A DNA stretch of 64,000 bases from a virus. Location: IMG/VR virus record IMGVR_UViG_3300045988_046609; one strand, 5' to 3'. The notes under the pieces were generated by a model. The model made no database searches and had not been told where the DNA came from. It saw only the letters and a program-made list of their open reading frames with translations. The translations under genes were made by a program, and so were the position numbers. Below, in pieces: positions 19,017-27,731 of this stretch; within the stretch, counting starts at the first letter, position 1; the number at the start of each line of letters is the position of its first letter.

Positions 19017-21144
19017 AAAAAATGTTCCCTTCTTGATTCCGTACTTGATATACCAATACGGATCATTTTTAGTTTTTAAGTTAATAATAAGTTAATGCTC
19101 TCCACTGTTCGATTATTTTATAGTATTACAATAATGGTAATAGTGAATTCAATCACATAATCTACTAAGTATATTTGATAATAAATGTTAATTTATTCGA
19201 AAATATCTTTTGATAAATTCTCTGATAAATTTTCTGATAATATGCTTTAACGTCCCGTTTCGACGGTTAAGATTCAATTTTTTCGATGCTTAACGCACCC
19301 CTCACCGTTATTTTATATCGCTATTAGTTGCAATATAAAAGACACAGATCATCGACTAAGTAAGTCTACCTGGTATTTCCGTATTATCGAAATTCATAGA
19401 ATTACGGTCGTTTATCTAACGTTACCAACTCATGAGCTCATTGCTTAAAGCATGACCCACTCATACCATGCATAGGATTTGTTGTTTATAACTGCGCGAA
19501 CACGAGGATTTCCACCTCTCATCGTCTCCTTGTTGCTTGATTGTTATTACGATCAAGTTAAATACTTCGTCCTTTAATCTACCGAGACAGGGTGATAGAC
19601 GACAGGTTATTAACGAATCAGCGTTCTCTTTACGTATATATTTGCGATATATACTTTATGAGTTTCTAATGTCAGCGATAACGGTTGGCAGTCTGGGGGT
19701 GACTTATACTCCATACGGTCTGTCTTACAAATGACAATTTGCTACTTCTGTACTATCATTGGACTTCCCCAATTTCTATGTGACTCATAGCCTTCCTACA
19801 CTATGCAGTCTGATTAATAATATTAATTTATTCCCTTAGAACAGATTTAACTAGGCCGGTTCTATTCGGCATTAACTTTCAGATGCAGTAAAGTAACATC
19901 ATCTGTTCACAATCTTACCTCTCTGGTTCCAGGGTTCTAAGCTGGAGCAGCTTGGCTCTTACTTATTAATTTATTGTTTTTGACTACTACTAATATCTCC
20001 TACTCTGGAATGAGTGTGATAATCTAGTAATACACCTTTTACATATCTTGAAAGGTATAAGCTCTGCTGTTTTTAGAAGGAGTTCCAAAGCTTCTCCTTA
20101 GTATTATTTTATGTCATAATCGTACTTGCTAAAGGTACGTGACAACTAGAATCAGGGTTATTGCGCCCTCAAACCGCTTAGACATCTTTGTCTATTCATT
20201 CCTCATTCAATTATACTCACACGAACGAATAAGCACGTGAGTCACTTTAGACTTGAAAGACGGTATCAATCTCATATACCTCATCCCTTATACGTAAATT
20301 CTTTTGCGGCACGCTAGTTACGGTAGCGCACAGGATTGGCTCCTGCTCCCTGGTAATCAGTCGGATCATGGATCTGCACGTAGCTTCACTCCCCGGATCA
20401 TTGCATGTCCAGCCTTCATATCTTTACTTTGTATAAGTATGTACCATAACACGGTTATCCTTACATTAGTATCAGTAATTACTCCCTTTATATTATGAAC
20501 CAGTTATCATAAAAACACTAGAGTTAGCCTATTTTTCCAATCAGGACGTATAATTACGCTTTTGTATAAAGCGAGGTTGGAGCCCGCTTGTTGCGTTAGT
20601 CAGCCATAATATTATTCAATAATCCTTTTCCAAGGGATTATTCAAGAGCCCTTTGCTCTTGTTTCAGCATCGTGTTCATATTCCTTCTTGAGTCACATCT
20701 TGATTGACGCATACGAATATAGAGATTTCGTTCTCTTTTTGAGGATTAAGGACTTTATCTTTTACAGTTTTATTTGTTTATTGCTGCGATTCAGTCTCCT
20801 CTTGTTTGAATTAATTTGTAACTAGGGTATCTTCTTGTTGCTCCTATATTACGGGTTCTTCACTCTTAATATCACCAGACGGTTCTCATATTAACAGCGC
20901 AGGCTATTCACCCTCTCCTGCTTTCTTATACCTTTTTCACCAGCATAAGTTATTATCCTACCTTTTGAGTATCTTACGGTGTTAGCCGCTACGAAGCATC
21001 TCATAACTACTTCTTACATATTCTCGGATTCTGTCTTTTTCGGGCTATGTATAAATGAATACAAACTCCCTGACGCAGTAGTACTTAAAAACTTCCTTCT
21101 GTGACTGCCGGAGTGATTTACGCTATAGTTTTACTCCTCTCGAA
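19017..21144. other. 2.1-kb ORF-free, GC-enriched segment; candidate large structured non-coding RNA region
   Basis: No minus-strand ORF of 60 aa or more, and only two short plus-strand ORFs. Hand-counted GC was 42-48 percent in two 60-nt samples, against 32-35 percent in two coding samples. Many local hairpins. Confidence 0.4.
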
Positions 21145-21609
21145 CTATGATATAATTATAGTATTTATATAGCGGTTATTATCATTAACTTTTTCCGCTG
21201 AGGGTTTATCTTCCCCTACACTAAGTTGCTCCGGTTTTATACAGAAAATTTCTCCTGAAGATAAGTTAATATTTGCAACTATTTTCTTACCTCTGCATAT
21301 ATCTACTATGCCGTTTTTTATATCATTACTACTGATATAATCAACTGGATCCATTTGTCCTGGGTCAAAACCGTCCAAGCGAACACAAATCTCACTTACA
21401 GACGAACGTAAGTACTGCTCTACGAATAAGATATTCTCGCAACTAGCTTTAGCTTGTACCTGAATTAAGTTAGTACTTTGTCCTTGCACAATAAAGTAGT
21501 TTGATTGGTCTATTACGAAATCTAAATTTCGTCTAGCTTCTTTAATGTTACGTATGATACGCGATAGACGTGCCATACTATTTAACATAATGTAATTTTT
21601 CTTATTCAT
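21145..21609 (-). CDS. hypothetical protein (ends in TAG)
   Basis: Track ORF trimmed to the ATG at 21609. The stop is TAG at 21145-21147, with an in-frame TAA 8 codons further on. Confidence 0.6.
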   Translation of the reverse strand: MNKKNYIMLNSMARLSRIIRNIKEARRNLDFVIDQSNYFIVQGQSTNLIQVQAKASCENILFVEQYLRSSVSEICVRLDGFDPGQMDPVDYISSNDIKNGIVDICRGKKIVANINLSSGEIFCIKPEQLSVGEDKPSAEKVNDNNRYINTIIIS

Positions 21610-21611
21610 CA

Positions 21612-22001
21612 CTATTGTTTTTTGGTAAAAGGAGAAAGTGGTTTTACATCCTCTGGTAGGTTAGCTATACTACTTACCTTTGGAAATCCTGTATTTACTT
21701 CTTTTACTTTGGTCCTGTATTTAACTATAGGTTTTACTTCTCCTGTAGTTGTTACATTTACAATTGCGTCCGTTGTTCCATTTACGGATACTTCGTGGGT
21801 ATTAATATCTACTGATACATTAATCGTATCTATACCCGCGGACTTTTTCTCTTCTGTTTTAGAATGTGTCATAGACATTAATTCTAAATATGAAGGAATA
21901 ACAGGCTGAGCCTGTACTACTTCAGTAGTATTTACTAAATTCCAGCCAATATAAATACTCGCAAAGAATATTAGTACTACTGATACGATTCTACTATTCA
22001 T
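21612..22001 (-). CDS. hypothetical secreted or membrane-anchored protein (ends in TAG-TGA)
   Basis: 129 aa with an N-terminal hydrophobic segment. The stop is TAG, followed immediately by TGA. Confidence 0.6.
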   Translation of the reverse strand: MNSRIVSVVLIFFASIYIGWNLVNTTEVVQAQPVIPSYLELMSMTHSKTEEKKSAGIDTINVSVDINTHEVSVNGTTDAIVNVTTTGEVKPIVKYRTKVKEVNTGFPKVSSIANLPEDVKPLSPFTKKQ

Positions 22002-22055
22002 TTTGATGATGATTTAGTGAATAACTTTCTAAAGGTAATAATTTGTTTCCAAATT

Positions 22056-23594
22056 TTAAGGATCTGGCTTAGCTTTTTTTTCAACCTTATCCTCTTTTGA
22101 AGGAAACTCTCCTGTAGTAGGAGTAATTATGCCTTCTTCGTATTCTGCAAGACGATCCATAGGATCACGATACAGATTGATAATCTGGCCTATCTTCATA
22201 CGAACTTCATCTTTAGATGGATGCTGTCCTTCTGGAAAATAGTTCTGACTTACTAGATCAAACTGCTTTTTTGCAAGTTTGAGTGCTTCTTGTTGTTCAC
22301 TGTAGTCTTTATCTCCCGGTTTAGATGTTACACCGGCAGAAATAGTATTGAATAAATCATCAATATACTTTCTACCAACATTTCCAATTACTGCTTGAAG
22401 TGCTTTATCGTCAGTTGCCTTCAGATTTTCATCACTCTTAAGTTTGTAACGGAAGTTTTCTTGCAACAGTACTTTTAAAGTACTTGCAATCTGTTCTTCA
22501 CTCCAGCCACATGGTGCCATATGCTTATGTAGTAAGGAATGAGCGGAGACCGGAGAACCCTGTGCAGCAGTATATAAATATACTGTACGTCCAAGACCAT
22601 TCATTAGTGGAACACTGTTGATAATATGGAAGATCTCTTCAATCCACTCTGCTACAGTGCGATTGTCAAGTTCAATCTTCTTTTCTGCATTATCTTCTTT
22701 GTTGATACAGTATACACGATACCATTCAACTGTGTTAACAATATTAGTTGCAATATTGCGATCTTTACGCATAAGATGATCTAGGACAGCAGCTAATTCT
22801 TCAAGAGAATTGATGTCCTTAGGATCAAGCGAAATAGGTTTTGTAGGAGCCTCAGCTTTGTTTTCCTTCAACTCATCAGGAATTTTAGTATCTGGAGAAT
22901 TGAAATCAATTGCTAATTGACCTTCATTCTCTTTTCCCGGAAGTGCTTTAGGTTCAGCTAAAGTAATGCCAAGAGAATCTGCAATATCCTGCAATCGGAA
23001 GATCTGTTCAGCAGGTAGTTTACACACAAACTCACCGGCAGCAGATCGTTCTGCAAATTCATTCTTGATATCAATCATTCCAAGCAACCATACTGCGTCG
23101 ATAGATCGAGCTGTATTTGCATATGATTCTGGACTTTGGTTCTTATACTCTTCATTATTAATGAATCGTTGATAACCAACATACGCAAGCATTGCTTTCG
23201 CATCAGCAGAAGAGCGATTAGATCCAATAGGGATTCCATTTCCTATTGCAGGGATTTTACCAACTTTTTCTTCCACTTCTGGAATTATTGTAGGAATCTT
23301 TGGACTCTTCTTTCCTTTATCAGCCGTTTGTTGGGTAGGCTTCTTTTCTTCCTTTTTCTCCTCCTTCTTAGTTTCTTTCTTAGAAACTTCCTGACTCTTT
23401 TCTTGTTTAGAGTTTGCTGCAGGTTTTGGAGCAGATTTCTTCTCCTGGGTTGCTGAAGTATTATCAGCTACTTGCTGAGTATCCTCAGCTTTACTGTTCT
23501 CTGATTTAGCATCAGCTGATTTTTTGTCAGCTAGACTTACTTTTGTTGCAACTTTTGCTGCATTTCCTCCTTTATTATTCTTTGGTTTTGACAT
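22056..23594 (-). CDS. hypothetical protein with K/E/S-rich disordered N-terminus
   Basis: 512-aa ORF. Roughly the first 110 aa are low-complexity lysine/glutamate-rich sequence. Confidence 0.7.
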   Translation of the reverse strand: MSKPKNNKGGNAAKVATKVSLADKKSADAKSENSKAEDTQQVADNTSATQEKKSAPKPAANSKQEKSQEVSKKETKKEEKKEEKKPTQQTADKGKKSPKIPTIIPEVEEKVGKIPAIGNGIPIGSNRSSADAKAMLAYVGYQRFINNEEYKNQSPESYANTARSIDAVWLLGMIDIKNEFAERSAAGEFVCKLPAEQIFRLQDIADSLGITLAEPKALPGKENEGQLAIDFNSPDTKIPDELKENKAEAPTKPISLDPKDINSLEELAAVLDHLMRKDRNIATNIVNTVEWYRVYCINKEDNAEKKIELDNRTVAEWIEEIFHIINSVPLMNGLGRTVYLYTAAQGSPVSAHSLLHKHMAPCGWSEEQIASTLKVLLQENFRYKLKSDENLKATDDKALQAVIGNVGRKYIDDLFNTISAGVTSKPGDKDYSEQQEALKLAKKQFDLVSQNYFPEGQHPSKDEVRMKIGQIINLYRDPMDRLAEYEEGIITPTTGEFPSKEDKVEKKAKPDP

Positions 23595-23653
23595 TTTGAT
23601 AATGCTTTAAATTGTTAGTAAATAAGTTAATTTTAATAGTGTTTTTAGAGAGG

Positions 23654-24028
23654 TCAACTATCATCCTCTATGTCAGGTGAATCTCGTCCCTTAGTGATAT
23701 GATTGCTAACTAATATGTCTGACATAAACGGTTCAGTAAATAATGCAATGTAACTCACAGCTCCTGGACGGCTAGTAGAACCTTCTGTCACTGTTACTAC
23801 GCACTGTGTGCATGCATCATTTCCGTTGTCAACAATATCAATTAGCTGAGTAATAGAAGCTGTTATTCCTGTCTTTTTAGACTGTTTTACAGCTTCTTTA
23901 CTCAACATACCTACTAATAGACCAGCCATAATGGCAGACATAAATATCCACCACATTTTTGTACTACGAAAAATTCGAGTACAAACAAATGCTACTATAA
24001 GTAACACAATAATCCATGCTGCTGTCAT
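23654..24028 (-). CDS. membrane protein (two N-terminal TM helices) downstream of the sigma factor
   Basis: 124 aa. Hydrophobic segments AAWIIVLLIVAFVC and WWIFMSAIMAGLLVGML. Confidence 0.6.
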   Translation of the reverse strand: MTAAWIIVLLIVAFVCTRIFRSTKMWWIFMSAIMAGLLVGMLSKEAVKQSKKTGITASITQLIDIVDNGNDACTQCVVTVTEGSTSRPGAVSYIALFTEPFMSDILVSNHITKGRDSPDIEDDS

Positions 24029-24039
24029 AATTAGTAAAT

Positions 24040-24606
24040 TTAGTTGTTGTTTAACAATTGTTTTAATTTATCTCTAGCTTTATTAAGCTGAGATTTTACT
24101 TGAGACTCAGAAAGTCCCAATTGTTCAGAGATTTCTTTGTAAGACAAACCTTGAACAGTTCGTAGTTCAATTATATTTCTGTACTTAAAACGAAGTCGCG
24201 ACAAGGCACTATCTAGAGCATCACTTGTCTCTGCAAAGACATAATCGTCTTCTGGAGAGTAACTGGCCTGGTTACTCAATTGCAAAGAGTTGGCATCGTC
24301 GTCAATCCAATAGTTCGCTTTTTCTTTTTTCATACGTCTGATATAATCAATACTACTATTTATAGCTATAGTTTTTAACCACATTTCAAATGAAATATTG
24401 TTAACATAACTATCTAGCTTACTAAAGGCTTTAATAAATGTAACAGATAATAAATCATCTGCTACATCTCTATTCTTTACTATATTGTATATAGTAAGAT
24501 ATATAGTTCTTTCAAATCTATTATAAAGCCTTGTGAAGGCAGATTGTTTGCCTTCTCTCGCCTGTTTGATCAGTTCAAAAATCTGTTGTTTTTCTAAATC
24601 TGTCAT
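24040..24606 (-). CDS. ECF-type sigma-70 family RNA polymerase sigma factor
   Basis: Region 2-like block ...RDVADDLLSVTFIKAFSKL...WLKTIAINSSIDYIRR. Region 4 helix-turn-helix LSYKEISEQLGLSESQVKSQLNKARDKL. Confidence 0.8.
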   Translation of the reverse strand: MTDLEKQQIFELIKQAREGKQSAFTRLYNRFERTIYLTIYNIVKNRDVADDLLSVTFIKAFSKLDSYVNNISFEMWLKTIAINSSIDYIRRMKKEKANYWIDDDANSLQLSNQASYSPEDDYVFAETSDALDSALSRLRFKYRNIIELRTVQGLSYKEISEQLGLSESQVKSQLNKARDKLKQLLNNN

Positions 24607-24690
24607 AATTACGGGCTCTAGTAGATATAAGTTTGATAAAAACTTGTATCTATTTCTTAGTGAATATAGGGCTAATCAAAGCCCTATATC

Positions 24691-25074
24691 CTAGAATGGT
24701 ACACCTACAATCCAGCGGCAGTACCAATTTATATAGCTCTGATAGAATTGCTTATAAGAATCCCATATACACTCCATGAATTCTCTTTTTAAATCAGGAG
24801 ATAGAGTATCAGGTGATATCTTATTAATCATTCCACAAACTATTCTTATTCTCACGTCTAAAGTAGATTTTTTTTCACAGTTTATTTTACATAATACATT
24901 AGTATCAAACCAATATATTATATGATTAATTGGTTTAGTATCTCTGAAAGTTTTGTTCTTAACTTCTTTATCTCCAAGGTTAAGAAAAATTCTCCAGCTT
25001 TCTCTCCAATTAAACTTTTTGTACTGTATTCCCCAAGGAGTATATGCTCGATTAGTTAAACTATATGCGACCAT
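24691..25074 (-). CDS. hypothetical protein (ends in TAG)
   Basis: 127-aa ORF. TAG stop at 24691-24693, with an in-frame TGA 4 codons later. Confidence 0.6.
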   Translation of the reverse strand: MVAYSLTNRAYTPWGIQYKKFNWRESWRIFLNLGDKEVKNKTFRDTKPINHIIYWFDTNVLCKINCEKKSTLDVRIRIVCGMINKISPDTLSPDLKREFMECIWDSYKQFYQSYINWYCRWIVGVPF

Positions 25075-25519
25075 GTTTCCTTAGTTTATTGATAATCTGT
25101 AACACAATAACGTGAGCTTGTGGTATAGACCATTCTGTTTTACTTACGATATACATTTTAGTTGCCCATATTCCTTTACCAGGAGTACGAGCATCTTCAA
25201 TGTATCTTTGTGTGAAATCCTCAAATTGTTCATCGGTTATATCTGGTATTTTAACTCCACGAGTTGATTTACGACGAGAGGGTAGATCACAAACCTCTGA
25301 GTATTCATATTCAAAGAATATGAATTTATCAGGTTCTGTTAATACTGCTTGAATCTCATAAGATTCTTCAGTAACCACATGAAATAATCCTTTTTGAATA
25401 AGGTCATTCATTACTAACGCATTTGGTATACGTAGCATTGGAGCTTCACCAATAACATTTGCGAGAAGTTCAAAATCTTCTCCTATGATACGGTAAATTC
25501 CAGGATGATTTAGTTTCAT
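25061..25519 (-). CDS. hypothetical protein (ends in TAG)
   Basis: 152-aa ORF. TAG stop at 25061-25063, with an in-frame TAA 2 codons later. Confidence 0.6.
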   Translation of the reverse strand: MKLNHPGIYRIIGEDFELLANVIGEAPMLRIPNALVMNDLIQKGLFHVVTEESYEIQAVLTEPDKFIFFEYEYSEVCDLPSRRKSTRGVKIPDITDEQFEDFTQRYIEDARTPGKGIWATKMYIVSKTEWSIPQAHVIVLQIINKLRKHGRI

Positions 25520-25701
25520 AGTTTATTCAATTCTTTTCTAAAGTTATCTACTACACCTGCTACTTCATATTGTTTAAGTTCAGGATATAATTTCATAATC
25601 TTGGCAATTGCCTCGATGTCTGAGCGGCAAGAGTTTAATAATTTGATAAACTCTGTTTTTTCATGTTTGGATTCAAACCAAGCAAAATATCTTATCTGCA
25701 T
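25516..25701 (-). CDS. hypothetical protein
   Basis: 61-aa ORF that overlaps its neighbours by 4-10 nt. Confidence 0.5.
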   Translation of the reverse strand: MQIRYFAWFESKHEKTEFIKLLNSCRSDIEAIAKIMKLYPELKQYEVAGVVDNFRKELNKL

Positions 25702-25970
25702 GCTTCTATGTATTCTTTGATTTTATCATCTAATACCTTCCATTTATTTAAATCAATATCTGTTGCATCTACTAAATAGTATATTGCACAAGTTGATCTA
25801 AATACACCACGAATGTAGTTTATTCCCTCTTTATAATGATATTTATTCTTATAAATTCTGGGAACATTTGCATGTAGACGAGTTATTAACTCTGTCTTCA
25901 TCTTCAGTTCAGTTGCAGCTTTCTCCCAAGATTCTGGTAGATTAGCTCTAATAAAGTTCATTAATCCCAT
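25692..25970 (-). CDS. hypothetical protein
   Basis: 92-aa ORF with ATG start and TAA stop. Confidence 0.55.
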   Translation of the reverse strand: MGLMNFIRANLPESWEKAATELKMKTELITRLHANVPRIYKNKYHYKEGINYIRGVFRSTCAIYYLVDATDIDLNKWKVLDDKIKEYIEACR

Positions 25971-26006
25971 TTCAAATTAATTTATTGATTAAACTTAATT
26001 TATTTG

Positions 26007-26065
26007 TAGCATTAGAGGGATTTGAACCCTCTACAGCTCTTACGTCTGATCTAGCCTGATATGCT
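26007..26065 (-). ncRNA. tRNA-like minihelix (acceptor plus T arm) with an irregular body
   Basis: Minus strand: AGCAT/ATGCT 5-bp stem stacked on the T arm TAGAGGG-TTCAAAT-CCCTCTA (7 bp), giving 12 stacked bp as in tRNA. The intervening 27 nt form the hairpin CAG(G)CT...AGCTG. No D arm or anticodon arm. Confidence 0.35.
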
Positions 26066-26445
26066 TAACCTCACTAATTTTTAAAGTAGACTTAACTACC
26101 GGCTAGTTACAACCGGGCTTTTTACGACATTAGCTTAGCCGTTCAGATTACTTCACGCTACTAAGCGTGTATAATCCATTACATAACTTGTATTGCCAGT
26201 TATCTGCTTATTGACCTATTCTACTTCACATTGTTGCAATCAAAACCACAATACCCCGAATCTACCGTTCTAAGATTTAAGAACTTGGCACACGGTAGAA
26301 CACGATCAAATACCCTAGTTCTTTTCCTTAGTATTGCTTTGAAGCTCTAGGTGAGCGTGGAGTATGAGGGAGTCGTCTTATTTATACATTTTTATTAACC
26401 TTTCTCCACATAAATCGTTTAACTGTTTAAACTAAAATTAATACT

Positions 26446-27051
26446 ATGCAAAAGTATAAATTACATAGAAGTTTAATTACTGTTATATGTGATCAATGCG
26501 GTAAAGAATATCTTAAACCTTTATCTGAGTATAAAAGAAATAAAGAATTAGGACGTCATAGTTTTTGTTCTAGATCTTGTTCTTGTAAATATAATTGTGT
26601 TCATTCATCTAATAAAATGCTAGAATATTCTAGATCAGAAAAAAATAAACAACGTTTAAGGTCTCTAAATGAAATAAAACGCTTAAAACGTCCAGAAGCA
26701 GTATTTTCATATTGCCTACGAAACTGTAGAAAACGATATAAGGAGTGTACTATTACATTAGAAGACTTACAAGAACAATGGAATAAACAAAAAGGTATAT
26801 GTCCTTATTCTGGAATATCTTTATTAGTTCCTACATATAAGAAAAATCATAATAATCCAATATATAGTGCATCAGTTGATAGAATTGATAGTACTAAAGG
26901 TTATATTCCTGGTAATATTCAATTTGTATCTACATGCATTAATTATATGAAGAATACTATGTCTGATGAAGAAACAAGGTTTATGTGTAAATGTATTGCA
27001 GAATATTTCTATTCTGAAGGGACTATTTCATCATCTGTCATTACTGCTTAA
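26446..27051 (+). CDS. free-standing HNH endonuclease, antisense to the surrounding block
   Basis: 201 aa. N-terminal CDQC...CSRSC Cys cluster. C-terminal SVDRIDSTKGYIPGNIQFVSTCINYMKN (HNH-type D-R-I-D...N...N). Standard code, TAA stop. Confidence 0.7.
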   Translation: MQKYKLHRSLITVICDQCGKEYLKPLSEYKRNKELGRHSFCSRSCSCKYNCVHSSNKMLEYSRSEKNKQRLRSLNEIKRLKRPEAVFSYCLRNCRKRYKECTITLEDLQEQWNKQKGICPYSGISLLVPTYKKNHNNPIYSASVDRIDSTKGYIPGNIQFVSTCINYMKNTMSDEETRFMCKCIAEYFYSEGTISSSVITA

Positions 27052-27298
27052 GATGTCGGACGCTCTAGCTGGTTATTAAGGAAACTATATTCCTCCAGTA
27101 GTCTCTGCACTTTTATAGAGTGTACTCTATACTTAGCTCAAGATTAGCATGAATAAAGCTAGTTTTGAGCTTTATTTTTAGCTTTCCTTGAATTCATCCG
27201 ATTATTCAATATACATTTCTGTATAAGGGGTCCGAATTTCACAAACCCTCGTCTTACAACTGATTCATAGACCTAACAGTCAATTGTGACTATGTAGG

Positions 27299-27328
27299 CG
27301 ACCAAACCTACATAGCCTTTGGTCTTTT
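27299..27328 (+). terminator. terminator-like hairpin (GACCAAA/TTTGGTC plus TTTT) with a competing upstream stem
   Basis: GACCAAA (27300-27306) pairs with TTTGGTC (27318-27324), followed by TTTT. The alternative 9-bp stem CTATGTAGG (27290-27298) / CCTACATAG (27307-27315) would hold GACCAAA in its loop. Confidence 0.4.
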
Positions 27329-27731
27329 AAATTATTTTACTTATAAGTTTTGATAACTGATCATTTATAGACTAGTACAGAAGTATTACTACTCAACATT
27401 TGCTATAATGTTTGCCGATTTGATATCATAAGAATGCTATTTGCATAATATACTCTTTGAGTATAGATTCAATACTATATATTGCGCAATTATTATAATA
27501 CATCCTCACGATCTTAGGCACTTGATCAGTGGCACGTTTTCTAGTCCAACTCCAGTATTGAATAGTTCTCACTATCGTACATTTGTTTGTTTCCTGTCAA
27601 TTCAGGATGAAGCTGCTTATTGTAGATACCGATGTACATGGATCTCACCATTTGCTTTCAATCTTCTTCGGATTCTCTATAGAATTAATATCTCTATTAT
27701 TCAAGTATCTTTCCTGGACCTTGTGTGGCTA

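Noticed and set aside
19537-20498. Plus-strand ORFs 19537-19734 and 20304-20498 in the 2.1-kb ORF-free block. Also a 57-codon open minus-strand frame near 20230-20400.
   Set aside because: They are short, have non-ATG or weak starts and no motif, and sit on a strand or in a context inconsistent with neighbouring genes. I treat the block as non-coding.
19017-21144. Group II intron or retron as an explanation of the 2.1-kb block.
   Set aside because: I found no GTGYG start paired with a domain V-like 34-nt hairpin near a plausible 3' end. There is no reverse transcriptase ORF anywhere in the window, and no split flanking gene. This rejection is by eye only and a covariance search should confirm it.
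21622-23456. Plus-strand ORFs 21622-21909, 22966-23172 and 23136-23456.
   Set aside because: They are antisense to the longer minus-strand ORFs 21612-22001 and 22056-23594.
10403-26065. The tRNA 3'-half-like sequences interpreted as phage attP cores for integration into host tRNA genes.
   Set aside because: No integrase or recombinase gene is present in the window. The elements also contain the complementary 5' acceptor strand, which an attP core would not need. An integrase elsewhere in the genome cannot be excluded.
26955-26980. CTGATGA...GAAAC string inside the antisense HNH gene, resembling a hammerhead ribozyme core.
   Set aside because: No flanking helices I-III could be drawn. The short motif is expected by chance in 128 kb of two-strand sequence.
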